Of a DNA stretch of 64,000 nucleotides, positions 38,093 through 50,557 are shown piece after piece (the stretch's first letter is position 1; every line of letters begins with the position of its first letter). Under the pieces are notes generated by a model, which was not told where the DNA came from, made no database searches, and worked only from the letters and a program-made list of their open reading frames with translations. The stretch is from assembly GCF_048403405.1 (NCBI RefSeq), contig NZ_CP183129.1, one strand, 5' to 3'. The position numbers and the translations under genes are program-made. Source of the DNA: Escherichia coli. GTDB taxonomy: Bacteria > Pseudomonadota > Gammaproteobacteria > Enterobacterales > Enterobacteriaceae.

Positions 38093-39520
38093 ATGAGCGA
38101 TAAAAAGAAGCGCAGTATGGCGGGTTTGCCGTGGATCGCGGCGATGGCCTTCTTCATGCAGGCACTTGATGCCACTATTCTGAATACCGCCTTACCCGCA
38201 ATCGCTCATAGCCTTAATCGTTCTCCTCTCGCGATGCAATCAGCCATCATCAGTTATACGCTGACGGTGGCGATGCTTATTCCGGTAAGCGGATGGCTAG
38301 CCGATCGCTTCGGTACGCGTCGCATATTTACCCTTGCCGTGAGTCTGTTCACGTTGGGTTCTCTGGCCTGCGCACTTTCTAACTCGCTACCACAGCTGGT
38401 TGTCTTCCGGGTTATTCAGGGGATAGGCGGCGCAATGATGATGCCTGTTGCTCGGCTGGCCTTACTGCGCGCTTATCCTCGTAATGAGCTTCTTCCTGTA
38501 TTGAATTTTGTCGCCATGCCGGGTCTGGTGGGGCCAATTTTAGGCCCCGTTCTTGGCGGCGTGCTGGTCACCTGGGCAACCTGGCACTGGATATTTTTAA
38601 TCAATATCCCCATAGGTATTGCGGGCCTTCTTTACGCGCGCAAACATATGCCCAATTTCACCACCGCACGACGCAGATTCGATATCACTGGCTTTTTGCT
38701 GTTTGGCCTTAGCCTTGTTCTCTTCTCAAGCGGAATAGAGCTATTCGGGGAAAAGATTGTCGCCAGTTGGATTGCCTTGACGGTAATTGTCACCAGCATC
38801 GGGTTACTGCTTCTCTATATTCTCCATGCACGACGCACGCCAAACCCATTAATTTCATTAGATTTATTTAAAACCCGCACTTTCTCGATCGGTATCGTAG
38901 GCAATATTGCAACCCGTCTGGGGACCGGCTGTGTACCGTTCCTTATGCCATTGATGTTACAGGTAGGATTTGGTTATCAGGCGTTTATTGCCGGCTGTAT
39001 GATGGCACCGACAGCGTTAGGTTCCATTATTGCAAAATCGATGGTTACCCAAGTCTTACGTCGTCTGGGCTATCGCCATACGTTAGTGGGGATCACGGTG
39101 ATTATTGGGCTAATGATCGCTCAGTTCTCTTTGCAATCACCAGCAATGGCGATATGGATGCTGATCTTGCCGTTGTTTATATTAGGGATGGCTATGTCGA
39201 CGCAATTTACCGCAATGAATACCATCACACTTGCCGATCTGACCGATGACAACGCCAGCAGCGGTAACAGTGTTCTGGCGGTCACGCAGCAACTGTCTAT
39301 CAGTTTAGGCGTTGCTGTAAGTGCGGCCGTCCTTCGCGTTTATGAAGGGATGGAAGGTACAACGACTGTCGAACAATTCCACTATACGTTTATCACAATG
39401 GGCATTATTACTGTTGCTTCAGCAGCAATGTTCATGCTTCTGAAAACAACCGATGGTAATAATTTGATCAAAAGACAGCGTAAATCTAAGCCGAACCGCG
39501 TTCCATCAGAATCGGAGTAA
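38093..39520 (+). CDS. hsrA: MFS transporter HsrA (YieO)
   Basis: 475-aa ORF, polytopic membrane protein with MFS-type repeated hydrophobic segments; ATG at 38093. Confidence 0.92.
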
Positions 39521-40478
39521 GTTGTAATCGTTGTTGCTGAAGGGTCGGTTGGGTTATCCGATGGATGAGTACATCAATCGCCAGCTCCCCCAGTTCATCT
39601 TTCGGTTGGTGGATAGTGGTTAATGGTGGCGTCATAAAGCTTGCCAGTTCGATATCGTCATAGCCAATCACCGCGATATCCTGCGGAACCTGTAACTCTG
39701 CCTGATACAGCGCCTGGTAAACGCCAACAGCCATAGCGTCATTTCCGGTAAAGACGGCCTGAGGACGCAGCGGGTGTGATAACAGTTGGCGCATAGCGTC
39801 AAACCCGCCGTTAAATTCAAAATCACCAGTGACTTCATAGCCATCAGGAATGTTGAGGCCCGCACGTTTCATCGCCGTCCGATAACCTTCCAACCGCAGG
39901 CGCGCCGGAGTTTTATCCAGCGGACCGGTAATACAGGCGATACGGGTATGACCTTTATCGATCAGATATTGCGTTGCTAAGTCTCCGCCCAGCAACGAGT
40001 TATCCTGAATAAGATCGCTGTCGCCATCGAACGGAGCCCAGTCCATCATCACAGTAGGCACTGTCGGATAACGTTGCATGATTTCACGCGAAGGTTGATG
40101 CGTTTCGGTGCACAGTAACAGCAAGCCATCAACGCGTTTTTGCATCAGCGTTTCCAGATTGCGATTCATCCGCTGTTCATCGCCTTCGGTATTGCAAAGG
40201 ACGAGACTATAACCGCGTTCGAAGCAGCTGCGTTCAACGCCACGCACCAGTTCTGAATAGAAAGGATTGGTACTGGCAGTGATCAACATGCCAATGGTAT
40301 GTGTTTGATTGAGTTTGAGGCTACGCGCCAGGGCTGATGGCGCGTAATTGAGTTCTTTAATCGCCGCTTCAACTTTGGCGGTAATCGCTTCACTGACGAA
40401 GCGATCTTTATTGATAACGTGAGAAACTGTTGAGGTAGAAACGCCCGCCAGGCGGGCAACATCTTTCATTGTAGCCAA
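39486..40478 (-). CDS. rbsR: ribose operon repressor RbsR (LacI family)
   Basis: 330-aa [58 protein letters not shown] (LacI HTH); 3' end overlaps hsrA 3' end. Confidence 0.96.
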
Positions 40479-40481
40479 GCG

Positions 40482-41411
40482 TCACCTCTGCCTGTCTAAA
40501 AATGCGTCGATCTCTTCACGCCACGGTACGGAAGGTTGTGCGCCTTTACGTGTTACGGCAATCGCAGCGGCAGCATGGGCAAACCGAATCGCCTCTGGCA
40601 ATGGTTTTTCTTCCAGCAATGCCGTGATTAACGCGCCGTTAAAGGTATCTCCGGCAGCAATGGTATCGACAGCCTGCACCCGGAATCCAGGAACGCGCTG
40701 ACCTTCACCATTCACGCTAACCCATACACCACGACTTCCTAAAGTAATCAGTACAGTACGGATACCTTTTTCATGCAGTACCTGCGCCGCCTTCGCTGCA
40801 TCTTCATCATTTTCAACACGAATACCGGTGAGCTTTTCTGCTTCCGTTTCGTTTGGCGTAATAATGTCCACCAGCGCCAGCAGTTCGTCAGGAAGTTCGC
40901 GAGCCGGAGCCGGGTTAAGCGCAACGATAGTCTTATTTTGATGGGCGATTTTCGCCGCTGCCATCACACTTTCGAGTGGTGATTCCAGCTGCATTAATAA
41001 TGCTGACGCGTTGGCAATACGCTCACGTTGCGCTTCCACCAGCGCCGGGGAAAGGGCAGCATTAGCGCCGGCATGAATACCGATGACATTCTCACCTTCG
41101 CCATTAACAAAAATCAGCGCCACACCTGTTGATTCGCCTTTGATCACGCTGACCGGAGAAATATCGATGTTATCAGTGGCGAGCTGCTGGCGAACGCTCT
41201 CACCAATGCTGTCATCGCCAGTGCAGGCAATAAACGCGATATTCGCACCGCTACGCCCAGCAGCCACAGCCTGATTCGCGCCTTTGCCGCCAAATGCAAC
41301 CTGATAGTGGTTACCGGTTACGGTTTCGCCTGGGGTAGGAAAAGATTGAAGATTAAGAATGTGGTCAGCATTAATGCTGCCAAGAACAACGAGGCTGCCT
41401 GCGTTTTGCAT
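40482..41411 (-). CDS. rbsK: ribokinase RbsK
   Basis: 309 aa from ATG at 41409-41411 (MQNAGSLVVLGSINADHILNL...); PfkB family GG and DTxxAGD motifs; track ORF starts at an upstream GTG. Confidence 0.95.
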   Translation of the reverse strand: MQNAGSLVVLGSINADHILNLQSFPTPGETVTGNHYQVAFGGKGANQAVAAGRSGANIAFIACTGDDSIGESVRQQLATDNIDISPVSVIKGESTGVALIFVNGEGENVIGIHAGANAALSPALVEAQRERIANASALLMQLESPLESVMAAAKIAHQNKTIVALNPAPARELPDELLALVDIITPNETEAEKLTGIRVENDEDAAKAAQVLHEKGIRTVLITLGSRGVWVSVNGEGQRVPGFRVQAVDTIAAGDTFNGALITALLEEKPLPEAIRFAHAAAAIAVTRKGAQPSVPWREEIDAFLDRQR

Positions 41412-41536
41412 ATTCGGGATGTCCATAAAATGCGCCACCGTGTTAGGGTGGCGCGTGCCCTGCTTTTCTTTATATTACACGTTCATCTGTCGATGACGTA
41501 TTTATGTCACCATCAGGTCATACAACCTGATTAATA

Positions 41537-42427
41537 CTACTGCTTAACAACCAGTTTCAGATCAACCGGATACTTAGCCTGAACTTTCTCGCCTTTCAGC
41601 ACTTTATCTGCGGTTTCGACGCCTTTCGCGCCAATCTGATCGGGTAGCTGAGCGATAGTCGCTGCTAGTTTGCCATCATTCACCGCTTTTTCGCCATCCG
41701 GTGTACCGTCAAATCCGACGACCATCACATCCGATTTACCGGCAGTTTGCAGTGCGCGCAGCGCGCCCAGCGCCATTTCATCATTCTGCGCGAATACAGC
41801 CTGAACATCCGGATGAGCGGTCAACAGGTTCTGCATTACGTTCAAACCTTTGGTGCGATCAAAATCTGCTGGCTGGCTGGCAAGAACATTAAACTTGTGA
41901 GCAGCAACGGCCTGCTGGAAGCCTTCGCCACGTTCACGGGCTGCGGATGTACCAGCAATGCCTTGCAGCTCGATAACTTTGGCACCTTCGCCCGCTTTCT
42001 TCGCGATGTAATCACCGGCGATTTTGCCGCCCAGTACGTTATCAGAAGCAATGTGGCTCACCACTTCACCTTTCGTTGCCTGGCGGTCAAGAGTGATAAC
42101 CGGGATGTTCGCCTGATTAGCCATCTTCACAGCATTACCCACTGCGTCGGAGTCGGTCGGGTTAATCAGCAGAATTTTGGTGCCGCGAACGGTTAAGTCC
42201 TGCACGTTCGCCAGCTCTTTCGCCGGGTTGTTCTGGGAGTCCAGCACCACCAGGTTATAGCCAAGTTTATCCGCCTCTTTCTGCGCGCCATCTTTCAGCG
42301 ATACAAAGAACGGGTTGTTAAGCGTGGAGACCACCAGCGCGATGGTATCTTTTGCCATCGCATTCGCACTGACGGTGGCGCTTAGCGCAACAGCGGAAAC
42401 CAGGGTAGCCAGTTTTTTCATGTTCAT
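41537..42427 (-). CDS. rbsB: ribose ABC transporter periplasmic binding protein RbsB
   Basis: 296 aa from [34 protein letters not shown] (signal peptide then mature protein). Confidence 0.95.
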   Translation of the reverse strand: MNMKKLATLVSAVALSATVSANAMAKDTIALVVSTLNNPFFVSLKDGAQKEADKLGYNLVVLDSQNNPAKELANVQDLTVRGTKILLINPTDSDAVGNAVKMANQANIPVITLDRQATKGEVVSHIASDNVLGGKIAGDYIAKKAGEGAKVIELQGIAGTSAARERGEGFQQAVAAHKFNVLASQPADFDRTKGLNVMQNLLTAHPDVQAVFAQNDEMALGALRALQTAGKSDVMVVGFDGTPDGEKAVNDGKLAATIAQLPDQIGAKGVETADKVLKGEKVQAKYPVDLKLVVKQ

Positions 42428-42451
42428 ATTCAAGATGTCCTGTAGTCGTTA

Positions 42452-43417
42452 TTACTGCTTTTTGTTGTCTACCAGCACCGCCAGCAAAATCACCACCGCT
42501 TTGACGATCATCTGGTAATAGGAGGAAACACCTAACAAATTCAATCCATTATTAAGGAAGCCAAGAATTAATGCGCCGATCAACGTCCCAACAATGCGAC
42601 CTTTTCCGCCCGCCAGACTCGTACCGCCCAGAACCACCGCAGCAATAGCATCCAGCTCATAGCCAGTCCCCGCCGTGGGTTGTGCGGAGGAGAGACGCGC
42701 CACTTCAATGATCCCGGCCAGCGATGCCAGCAGACCACAAAGAGAATAGACGATGATTTTGATTTTATTGACGTTGATACCAGAAAGACGCGTTGCCGCT
42801 TCGTTGCCGCCCAGCGCGTAGATGTAACGCCCCAGACGCGTGTGATGCAGCATGTACCAGGCCGCGAGGAAGACAATCCCCATGATCCAGACTGGCGTCG
42901 GTACGCCCAGCGGACGACCGATCCCAAACCAGCCAAACAGATCGGCGTTCTCAGTAAAGCCGGTATTCACTGGGCTACCGTTGGTATAAACCATGGTCAC
43001 GCCGCGCAGTAAAAGCATCATAACCAGCGTAGCGATAAACGCCTGGACGCGACCTTTCGCTACAATCACCCCGGTTACCGCACCAATTGCGGCACCTAAT
43101 GCGAGAGCAGCAGCGACAGCCACCAGCGCATTGACTTCAATGCCAACGATAGATGCAGCAACTGCGCCGGTCAGCGCCAACAGAGAACCTACCGACAAGT
43201 CGATGCCCGACGTCAGGATCACCAGCGTCATCCCGACTGCCATAATGGCGTTCACCGAGGTTTGCTGGAGAATATTGAATAAGTTATTGATGGTGAAAAA
43301 GTTCGGACTTAACGTCGAGACAATCGCGATCAGCACCAGCAGAGCGATAAGCGATTTCTGCTCCATCAGCCACGCTTTCGTGAAATAACGGCGACCAGAG
43401 ACAGTCTGGGTTGTCAT
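42452..43417 (-). CDS. rbsC: ribose ABC transporter permease RbsC
   Basis: 321-aa polytopic membrane ORF MTTQTVSGRRYFTKAWLMEQKSLIALLVLIAIVSTL... Confidence 0.95.
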   Translation of the reverse strand: MTTQTVSGRRYFTKAWLMEQKSLIALLVLIAIVSTLSPNFFTINNLFNILQQTSVNAIMAVGMTLVILTSGIDLSVGSLLALTGAVAASIVGIEVNALVAVAAALALGAAIGAVTGVIVAKGRVQAFIATLVMMLLLRGVTMVYTNGSPVNTGFTENADLFGWFGIGRPLGVPTPVWIMGIVFLAAWYMLHHTRLGRYIYALGGNEAATRLSGINVNKIKIIVYSLCGLLASLAGIIEVARLSSAQPTAGTGYELDAIAAVVLGGTSLAGGKGRIVGTLIGALILGFLNNGLNLLGVSSYYQMIVKAVVILLAVLVDNKKQ

Positions 43418-43421
43418 TTTT

Positions 43422-44927
43422 TTACTCCTGATTCACGCGATTAAGCTTGCCCACAGCGGCAGCCATTAACACTTCCTGGGTGGCCTGCTCACGAGTAAAT
43501 TCCCCGCTGAGATGCCCTTCATGCATGACGATGATGCGATCGCTCATGCCTAATACTTCTGGCATCTCCGATGACACCAGAATGATGCTCAAGCCATCGG
43601 CTTTGAACTGGTTAATCAGTTGATAGATCTCTTTTTTCGCGCCGACATCTACGCCACGGGTAGGCTCATCGAGGATCAACACTTTGGGGCGTGTCATCAG
43701 ACCACGGGCAATCGCCACTTTTTGCTGATTGCCACCGGAAAGCAGACCAATTGCCTGTTCCATCGACGGCGTTTTCACATTAAACAGACGAATGAAATCA
43801 CTTACTGCCTGCTGTTCATCGGCATGCTTCAAACTGCCGCCAGCGCGGCTGAAGTAGCGCAGCGCGGTCAGCGACATATTCTCTTTTACTGACATGCCCA
43901 GCACTAAACCGTCACGTTTACGGTCTTCGGAGATATACACAATGCCGTTTGCCAGGCCATCCTGCGGTGAACGGGTAACAACTTCATGCCCATCCAGGGT
44001 GACGTAACCGCTGGTGCGCGGCAGTGCGCCGTAGAGCACTTTCATCAGTTCGGTACAACCTGCGCCCATCAAACCAGAGACGCCAAGAATTTCGCCTTTG
44101 CGTAAAGTAAAAGAGACATCGTTAACGCCAGGTCCGCAGAGATTATCGACTTTCAGGCGAATATCTCCTGGCGCTTTGTCCAGGTGCGGATATTGATCTT
44201 CCAGCTTGCGGCCCACCATCATCTCAATCAGCGAATCTTCGGTCAGTGATGCTACTTCACGCTCAGCAATAAATTGCCCATCACGAAAAACGGTAACGTC
44301 ATCGCAAATCTCGAAGATTTCTTTCATGCGGTGGGAAATATAGACAATACCGCGGCCTTGCGATTTCAGCTCGCGGATGACGCGGAACAAGGATTCGGTT
44401 TCGGTATCGGTCAGCGCATCGGTCGGTTCATCCATAATGATGACTTTCGACTCAAAGCTCAGCACTTTGGCGATTTCAACCATTTGCTGGTCACCGATGG
44501 AAAGATCGCCCACTAACTTGTCGCTTTTAAAGCGCAGGTTAAGTTTAGCCAGCAATTTATCCGCTTCGGCATACATGGTTTTCCAGTCAATTTTGCCAAA
44601 GCGATTAACAAACTCACGACCGAGGAAAATGTTTTCGGCAATGGTCAACTGCGGGATCAGGTTCAGTTCCTGATGGATAATCCCAATCCCGGCTTCCTGG
44701 GAAGATTTCGGCCCGGTAAACGTCGTTTCTTTCCCCAGCCATAAAAGCGTACCGGCATCGCGAGTATAGATACCCGTAAGCACTTTCATCATGGTGGATT
44801 TACCCGCACCGTTTTCGCCCACCAGCGCCATCACGCGGCCAGGATAGACATTTAACGCTGCACCCGAGAGGGCTTTTACGCCCGGGAAGGCTTTATCGAT
44901 GCCTTTAAGCTGAAGTAATGCTTCCAT
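43422..44927 (-). CDS. rbsA: ribose ABC transporter ATP-binding protein RbsA (tandem ABC domains)
   Basis: 501-aa ORF with two Walker A motifs ([18 protein letters not shown]) and two LSGG signatures. Confidence 0.96.
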   Translation of the reverse strand: MEALLQLKGIDKAFPGVKALSGAALNVYPGRVMALVGENGAGKSTMMKVLTGIYTRDAGTLLWLGKETTFTGPKSSQEAGIGIIHQELNLIPQLTIAENIFLGREFVNRFGKIDWKTMYAEADKLLAKLNLRFKSDKLVGDLSIGDQQMVEIAKVLSFESKVIIMDEPTDALTDTETESLFRVIRELKSQGRGIVYISHRMKEIFEICDDVTVFRDGQFIAEREVASLTEDSLIEMMVGRKLEDQYPHLDKAPGDIRLKVDNLCGPGVNDVSFTLRKGEILGVSGLMGAGCTELMKVLYGALPRTSGYVTLDGHEVVTRSPQDGLANGIVYISEDRKRDGLVLGMSVKENMSLTALRYFSRAGGSLKHADEQQAVSDFIRLFNVKTPSMEQAIGLLSGGNQQKVAIARGLMTRPKVLILDEPTRGVDVGAKKEIYQLINQFKADGLSIILVSSEMPEVLGMSDRIIVMHEGHLSGEFTREQATQEVLMAAAVGKLNRVNQE

Positions 44928-44934
44928 GACGGCC

Positions 44935-45354
44935 TCAGAACGTCACGCCAGCACAGAGAATGATATTCGCATACGGAGAACATTCTCCGCTGCGAATTAC
45001 CGCCTGACTTTCTGCGGTTTGTTGTTTGAATTGTTCATGCGTGGTGTAACGAATTTCAATGGTATTTCCCTGGTGTTTTTGCAGCTGCTCAAAGTGAGTG
45101 AGCAACGTTTCGTGGAGTTGCGGATTATGTTGTTTGATCTCTTCCGCGATAATGGCTGCCTCGACCTGCATTTCATTTGTGACGACGCCCAGCACCTGCA
45201 TAAAAGAAGGTACACCCTGGGTTAATGCCATATCGATACGCGTTGTACTTTTGGGGATGGGTAAACCTGCATCACACACCACCAGCGTATCGGTATGTCC
45301 CAGTCGGGAGATCACCGATGAAATATCAGAATTAAGAACGGTGCCTTTTTTCAT
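44935..45354 (-). CDS. rbsD: D-ribose pyranase RbsD
   Basis: 139 aa from ATG at 45352-45354 ([34 protein letters not shown]...), SD ggag 6 nt upstream. Confidence 0.94.
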   Translation of the reverse strand: MKKGTVLNSDISSVISRLGHTDTLVVCDAGLPIPKSTTRIDMALTQGVPSFMQVLGVVTNEMQVEAAIIAEEIKQHNPQLHETLLTHFEQLQKHQGNTIEIRYTTHEQFKQQTAESQAVIRSGECSPYANIILCAGVTF

Positions 45355-45366
45355 TTTTTTCTCCAT

Positions 45367-45384
45367 CAGCGAAACGTTTCGCTG
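45367..45384. promoter_or_regulatory. Probable RbsR operator (perfect 18-bp palindrome) at the rbsD 5' end
   Basis: cagcgaaacgtttcgctg is a perfect inverted repeat of LacI/GalR-operator type, immediately upstream of the rbsD SD. Confidence 0.75.
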
Positions 45385-45520
45385 ACCCGCAGTTTAATCC
45401 TGACTGAGTTGGGAAAACCATCATGACGTTACGGAAATGTGATCAACCTCGAAACGTTTTACATGGTGATTAACCATGAAAACAAAAACGCCCCCTTATG
45501 GAGAAAGGAGGCGTCTGGCG

Positions 45521-47389
45521 TTAGATTTCGACCTGAGTACCCAGTTCGATAACCCTGTTTGGCGGGATTTCAAATTGATCTGGTGCACGCAGCGCATTAC
45601 GTTGCAGCAGCAAGTACAGTTTGCCGCGCAGACGCAAATACCACGGGCGTTTGCCGAGGATCAACGACTCATGCGACATAAAGAAGGAGGTTTCCATCAT
45701 CCGGCAACTTAATCCTTCCAGACCGCAGCGGTGGAAAACTTCTTCCACGTTTGGCGTTTCTCGCCAACCATAACTTGCTACCACGCGCCAGAAAGTGGGC
45801 GACAGTTGTTCAATCTGTACCCGACGGACGTTATGGACATAAGGCGCGTCTTCGGTGCGCAGAGTTAACAGAATCACCCGCTCATGCAATACCTTGTTAT
45901 GTTTAAGGTTATGCATCAGCGCAAAGGGAATGACGTTGATTGCACGTGACATATACACCGCGGTCCCGGGCACGCGAACGGGCGGTGATTTCTCCAGCGA
46001 AGCAATCATCGCTTCCAGAGAGTTACCATGTTCATGCCTCCGCCGCAGCAAACGGAAACGTTCGCTCTTCCAGGTGGTCATCACGATAAACATCACCGTA
46101 CCGAGGCTCAATGGCAACCAGCCGCCGGAGAGCAGTTTATCGAGGTTAGCGGTGAACAATGGAATATCGACACAAAGGAAAGCAATCAGGATCAGCGCAA
46201 CAAAATACTTATTCCAGTGCCAGTTCTGACGCGCCACGGTAGTCGAGAGAATAGACGTCAGCACCATGGTTCCGGTCACCGCAATCCCGTACGCCGCCGC
46301 CAGGTTGCTGGAGTGCTCAAAGCTGACAATCACAATCACGACCGCGACATAGAGCATCCAGTTCACAAACGGAATATAGATTTGCCCTGACTCCATTTCG
46401 GAGGTGTGAATAATGCGCATCGGCGACAAATATCCCAGACGTACCGCCTGACGCGTCAATGAGAAGACGCCAGAGATAACCGCCTGCGAGGCAATTACCG
46501 TCGCCAGTGCGGCGATGATCAGCAGCGGGATCAGCGCCCAGTCCGGTGCCAACAGGAAGAACGGGTTCTTAATCGCTTCCGGGTTCTTTAACAACAACGC
46601 TCCCTGACCGAAGTAATTAAGGGTCAAGGAAGGTAATACGACGGTGAACCACGCCAGGCGAATAGGGAACTTACCAAAGTGCCCCATATCAGCATACAGC
46701 GCCTCGACCCCCGTAATCGACAGCACCACTGCCCCTAATGCAATAAAAGAAACCGTTTTGTATTCAAGGAAGAAATGCACCGCCCACATCGGATTCAGCG
46801 CATGCAGCACTTCCGGGTTAGCAATAATGCTACGTAACCCCAGTACTGCCAGAATCAAAAACCAGGTCAGCATGATCGGCGCAAACAGCTTACCGACCAT
46901 AGCCGTGCCATGTTTTTGAATCATAAATAGTAAAGTGAGAACGATGATTGAGAGGGGAACTATCCAGGTATCCAGCTGCGGGGCGACGATTTCCAGACCT
47001 TCAATGGCTGACATCACCGAAATAGCGGGTGTTATGACGACTTCACCATAGAAAAAGCTGCCGCCGATTAGCCCCATAATCACCAGCATTGATGTGGTTC
47101 GCGCCGACGTATTACGCCCGGCAAGCGACATCAACGTCAGGATCCCCCCTTCACCGGCGTTATCTGCCCGCATCACGAAGGTGAGATATTTAATGGAAAC
47201 CACAAAGATTAGCAGCCAGAAGATCAGCGATAAAAAGCCAAACACGGCATCGCGTTCAACGCCAAAACCAAACTGGCCGGACAAACATTCACGAAGTGTA
47301 TATAACGGGCTGGTACCAATATCGCCGTAGACAACTCCAATCGCCGCGAGGGTAATCGCGGGCAATGATTGCTTATTATCAGTGCTCAT
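45521..47389 (-). CDS. kup: low-affinity K+ uptake transporter Kup (TrkD)
   Basis: 622-aa [37 protein letters not shown]...; KUP/HAK family. Confidence 0.96.
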   Translation of the reverse strand: MSTDNKQSLPAITLAAIGVVYGDIGTSPLYTLRECLSGQFGFGVERDAVFGFLSLIFWLLIFVVSIKYLTFVMRADNAGEGGILTLMSLAGRNTSARTTSMLVIMGLIGGSFFYGEVVITPAISVMSAIEGLEIVAPQLDTWIVPLSIIVLTLLFMIQKHGTAMVGKLFAPIMLTWFLILAVLGLRSIIANPEVLHALNPMWAVHFFLEYKTVSFIALGAVVLSITGVEALYADMGHFGKFPIRLAWFTVVLPSLTLNYFGQGALLLKNPEAIKNPFFLLAPDWALIPLLIIAALATVIASQAVISGVFSLTRQAVRLGYLSPMRIIHTSEMESGQIYIPFVNWMLYVAVVIVIVSFEHSSNLAAAYGIAVTGTMVLTSILSTTVARQNWHWNKYFVALILIAFLCVDIPLFTANLDKLLSGGWLPLSLGTVMFIVMTTWKSERFRLLRRRHEHGNSLEAMIASLEKSPPVRVPGTAVYMSRAINVIPFALMHNLKHNKVLHERVILLTLRTEDAPYVHNVRRVQIEQLSPTFWRVVASYGWRETPNVEEVFHRCGLEGLSCRMMETSFFMSHESLILGKRPWYLRLRGKLYLLLQRNALRAPDQFEIPPNRVIELGTQVEI

Positions 47390-47611
47390 AGACTAGTCTT
47401 TCGTTGAAATATGAAATGTGTGCTTAGTCCCTTGGCCCACAAAAAAGCGCACAGTATGCACGATTAACGGCAAAATCGTACTCCTAAATGCGGCCACATT
47501 AACCTGGCTCAAAGAAAAATACCCCCCCTTTGAGACTATTTTAGCCACCAGCAAGAAACGTCTATACTCGCAATTTACGCAGAACTTTTGACGAAAGGAC
47601 GCCACTTCATT

Positions 47612-49108
47612 ATGGCTCACCCTCATTTATTAGCGGAAAGAATTTCCCGCCTGAGCAGTTCGTTGGAAAAGGGGCTTTATGAACGTAGCCACGCCATCCG
47701 CTTGTGTTTATTAGCGGCATTAAGTGGTGAAAGTGTGTTCCTCCTTGGCCCGCCAGGCATTGCCAAAAGTTTGATCGCCCGGCGCTTAAAATTCGCCTTT
47801 CAGAATGCCCGCGCGTTTGAATATCTGATGACCCGCTTCTCCACGCCGGAAGAGGTTTTTGGTCCCCTTTCTATTCAGGCGCTAAAAGATGAAGGGCGCT
47901 ATGAACGTTTAACCAGCGGTTACCTGCCGGAAGCAGAAATCGTCTTTCTGGATGAGATCTGGAAAGCGGGCCCGGCAATTCTTAATACCTTGCTCACCGC
48001 CATTAACGAGCGCCAGTTCCGCAACGGTGCACACGTAGAAAAAATCCCGATGCGCCTGCTGGTGGCGGCCTCCAACGAGCTGCCGGAAGCAGACAGCAGT
48101 CTGGAAGCGTTATATGACCGCATGCTGATTCGTCTGTGGTTAGATAAAGTGCAGGATAAAGCGAATTTCCGCTCCATGCTGACCAGTCAACAGGATGAAA
48201 ACGACAATCCGGTTCCTGCCTCCTTGCAGGTCACAGATGAAGAATATGAACGCTGGCAGAAAGAGATTGGTGAAATTACGCTGCCCGATCATGTATTTGA
48301 GCTGATTTTTATGCTGCGCCAGCAACTGGATAAATTACCGGATGCGCCTTATGTCTCGGATCGTCGCTGGAAAAAAGCGATTCGATTATTGCAGGCCAGC
48401 GCCTTTTTTAGCGGTCGCAGTGCTGTTGCCCCGGTTGATCTCATTTTGCTGAAAGATTGCCTGTGGTATGACGCGCAAAGCCTGAATTTGATACAACAAC
48501 AAATTGATGTATTGATGACCGGTCATGCCTGGCAACAGCAAGGGATGTTGACCCGTCTGGGCGCGATTGTGCAACGTCACCTGCAACTCCAGCAGCAACA
48601 AAGCGATAAAACAGCCTTAACGGTAATTCGTCTGGGCGGCATTTTCAGCCGTCGTCAGCAGTATCAACTTCCTGTTAACGTTACTGCTTCCACTCTGACT
48701 CTGCTGCTGCAAAAACCGTTAAAATTGCATGATATGGAAGTGGTTCATATCTCCTTTGAGCGTAACGCGCTGGAACAGTGGCTGAGTAAAGGTGGTGAAA
48801 TTCGCGGCAAACTGAACGGTATCGGCTTTGCCCAGAAACTGAATCTGGAAGTTGATAGTGCCCAACATCTTGTTGTACGCGATGTAAGTTTACAAGGCAG
48901 TACGCTGGCACTTCCCGGTTCATCGGCTGAAGGTCTGCCAGGTGAAATAAAACAACAACTGGAAGAGCTTGAAAGCGACTGGCGCAAGCAACACGCTTTA
49001 TTCAGCGAACAGCAAAAATGTCTGTTTATCCCTGGCGACTGGTTAGGTCGCATTGAAGCCAGCCTACAGGATGTCGGCGCACAGATTCGCCAGGCACAAC
49101 AATGCTAA
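47612..49108 (+). CDS. ravA: MoxR-family AAA+ ATPase RavA
   Basis: 498 aa from ATG 47612 ([53 protein letters not shown]...); Walker A and B present. Confidence 0.95.
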   Translation: MAHPHLLAERISRLSSSLEKGLYERSHAIRLCLLAALSGESVFLLGPPGIAKSLIARRLKFAFQNARAFEYLMTRFSTPEEVFGPLSIQALKDEGRYERLTSGYLPEAEIVFLDEIWKAGPAILNTLLTAINERQFRNGAHVEKIPMRLLVAASNELPEADSSLEALYDRMLIRLWLDKVQDKANFRSMLTSQQDENDNPVPASLQVTDEEYERWQKEIGEITLPDHVFELIFMLRQQLDKLPDAPYVSDRRWKKAIRLLQASAFFSGRSAVAPVDLILLKDCLWYDAQSLNLIQQQIDVLMTGHAWQQQGMLTRLGAIVQRHLQLQQQQSDKTALTVIRLGGIFSRRQQYQLPVNVTASTLTLLLQKPLKLHDMEVVHISFERNALEQWLSKGGEIRGKLNGIGFAQKLNLEVDSAQHLVVRDVSLQGSTLALPGSSAEGLPGEIKQQLEELESDWRKQHALFSEQQKCLFIPGDWLGRIEASLQDVGAQIRQAQQC

Positions 49109-50553
49109 CGCTGGATACGCTTAATGTGATGCTGGCCGTCAGCGAAGAGGGATTGATCGAAGAGATGATCATCGCGCTGCTGGCCTCACCGCAGCTGGCA
49201 GTCTTCTTTGAAAAATTCCCACGACTGAAGGCGGCAATCACTGATGATGTTCCCCGCTGGCGTGAGGCACTGCGCAGTCGGCTGAAAGATGCCCGAGTCC
49301 CGCCGGAACTCACCGAAGAGGTGATGTGCTATCAGCAAAGCCAGCTCCTCTCCACGCCGCAGTTTATTGTGCAGCTACCACAGATCCTGGACTTACTGCA
49401 TCGTCTGAATTCTCCATGGGCAGAACAAGCCCGACAGTTGGTTGATGCTAACTGCACGATCACTTCAGCGTTACACACGCTTTTTCTCCAGCGTTGGCGT
49501 TTAAGTCTGATCGTGCAAGCAACGACGTTAAATCAACAGCTATTAGAAGAAGAACGCGAACAACTGTTGAGTGAAGTTCAGGAACGCATGACGCTGAGCG
49601 GACAACTTGAACCGATTCTCGCAGATAACAATACCGCAGCTGGTCGTCTGTGGGATATGAGCGCCGGTCAGCTTAAACGTGGCGACTATCAGTTGATTGT
49701 GAAATACGGTGAATTTCTTAACGAACAGCCGGAACTGAAACGCCTGGCAGAACAGCTGGGGCGTTCCCGGGAAGCCAAATCAATACCGCGCAACGATGCG
49801 CAGATGGAAACCTTCCGCACCATGGTGCGCGAACCGGCGACGGTTCCTGAGCAGGTTGATGGTCTGCAACAAAGCGATGATATTTTACGTCTCCTGCCGC
49901 CAGAACTGGCGACACTAGGGATAACAGAACTGGAGTATGAGTTTTACCGTCGGCTGGTGGAAAAACAGTTGCTCACCTATCGCCTGCACGGTGAGTCGTG
50001 GCGAGAAAAAGTGATCGAACGTCCGGTGGTACATAAAGATTACGACGAACAGCCGCGCGGACCGTTTATTGTCTGTGTGGATACTTCCGGCTCAATGGGC
50101 GGCTTTAATGAACAGTGTGCGAAAGCGTTCTGCCTGGCCTTGATGCGCATTGCTCTCGCTGAAAACCGGCGCTGCTATATTATGCTATTTTCCACCGAGA
50201 TCGTCCGTTATGAGCTTTCAGGCCCACAAGGCATCGAACAAGCGATCCGCTTTTTAAGTCAGCAGTTTCGTGGCGGCACCGATCTGGCCAGTTGTTTTCG
50301 CGCCATTATGGAACGCTTGCAAAGTCGGGAGTGGTTTGACGCCGATGCGGTGGTGATTTCTGATTTTATCGCCCAGCGGTTGCCTGACGACGTGACGAGC
50401 AAAGTGAAAGAGTTGCAGCGGGTACATCAGCATCGCTTTCATGCCGTGGCGATGTCGGCACATGGCAAACCCGGCATCATGCGCATTTTCGATCATATCT
50501 GGCGCTTTGATACCGGGATGCGAAGCCGCCTGCTCAGACGCTGGCGGCGATAA
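49102..50553 (+). CDS. viaA: VWA-domain protein ViaA (RavA partner)
   Basis: 483-aa [42 protein letters not shown]...; start overlaps ravA stop by 7 nt; C-terminal VWA/MIDAS-like DTSGSM. Confidence 0.95.
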   Translation: MLTLDTLNVMLAVSEEGLIEEMIIALLASPQLAVFFEKFPRLKAAITDDVPRWREALRSRLKDARVPPELTEEVMCYQQSQLLSTPQFIVQLPQILDLLHRLNSPWAEQARQLVDANCTITSALHTLFLQRWRLSLIVQATTLNQQLLEEEREQLLSEVQERMTLSGQLEPILADNNTAAGRLWDMSAGQLKRGDYQLIVKYGEFLNEQPELKRLAEQLGRSREAKSIPRNDAQMETFRTMVREPATVPEQVDGLQQSDDILRLLPPELATLGITELEYEFYRRLVEKQLLTYRLHGESWREKVIERPVVHKDYDEQPRGPFIVCVDTSGSMGGFNEQCAKAFCLALMRIALAENRRCYIMLFSTEIVRYELSGPQGIEQAIRFLSQQFRGGTDLASCFRAIMERLQSREWFDADAVVISDFIAQRLPDDVTSKVKELQRVHQHRFHAVAMSAHGKPGIMRIFDHIWRFDTGMRSRLLRRWRR

Positions 50554-50557
50554 ACAA

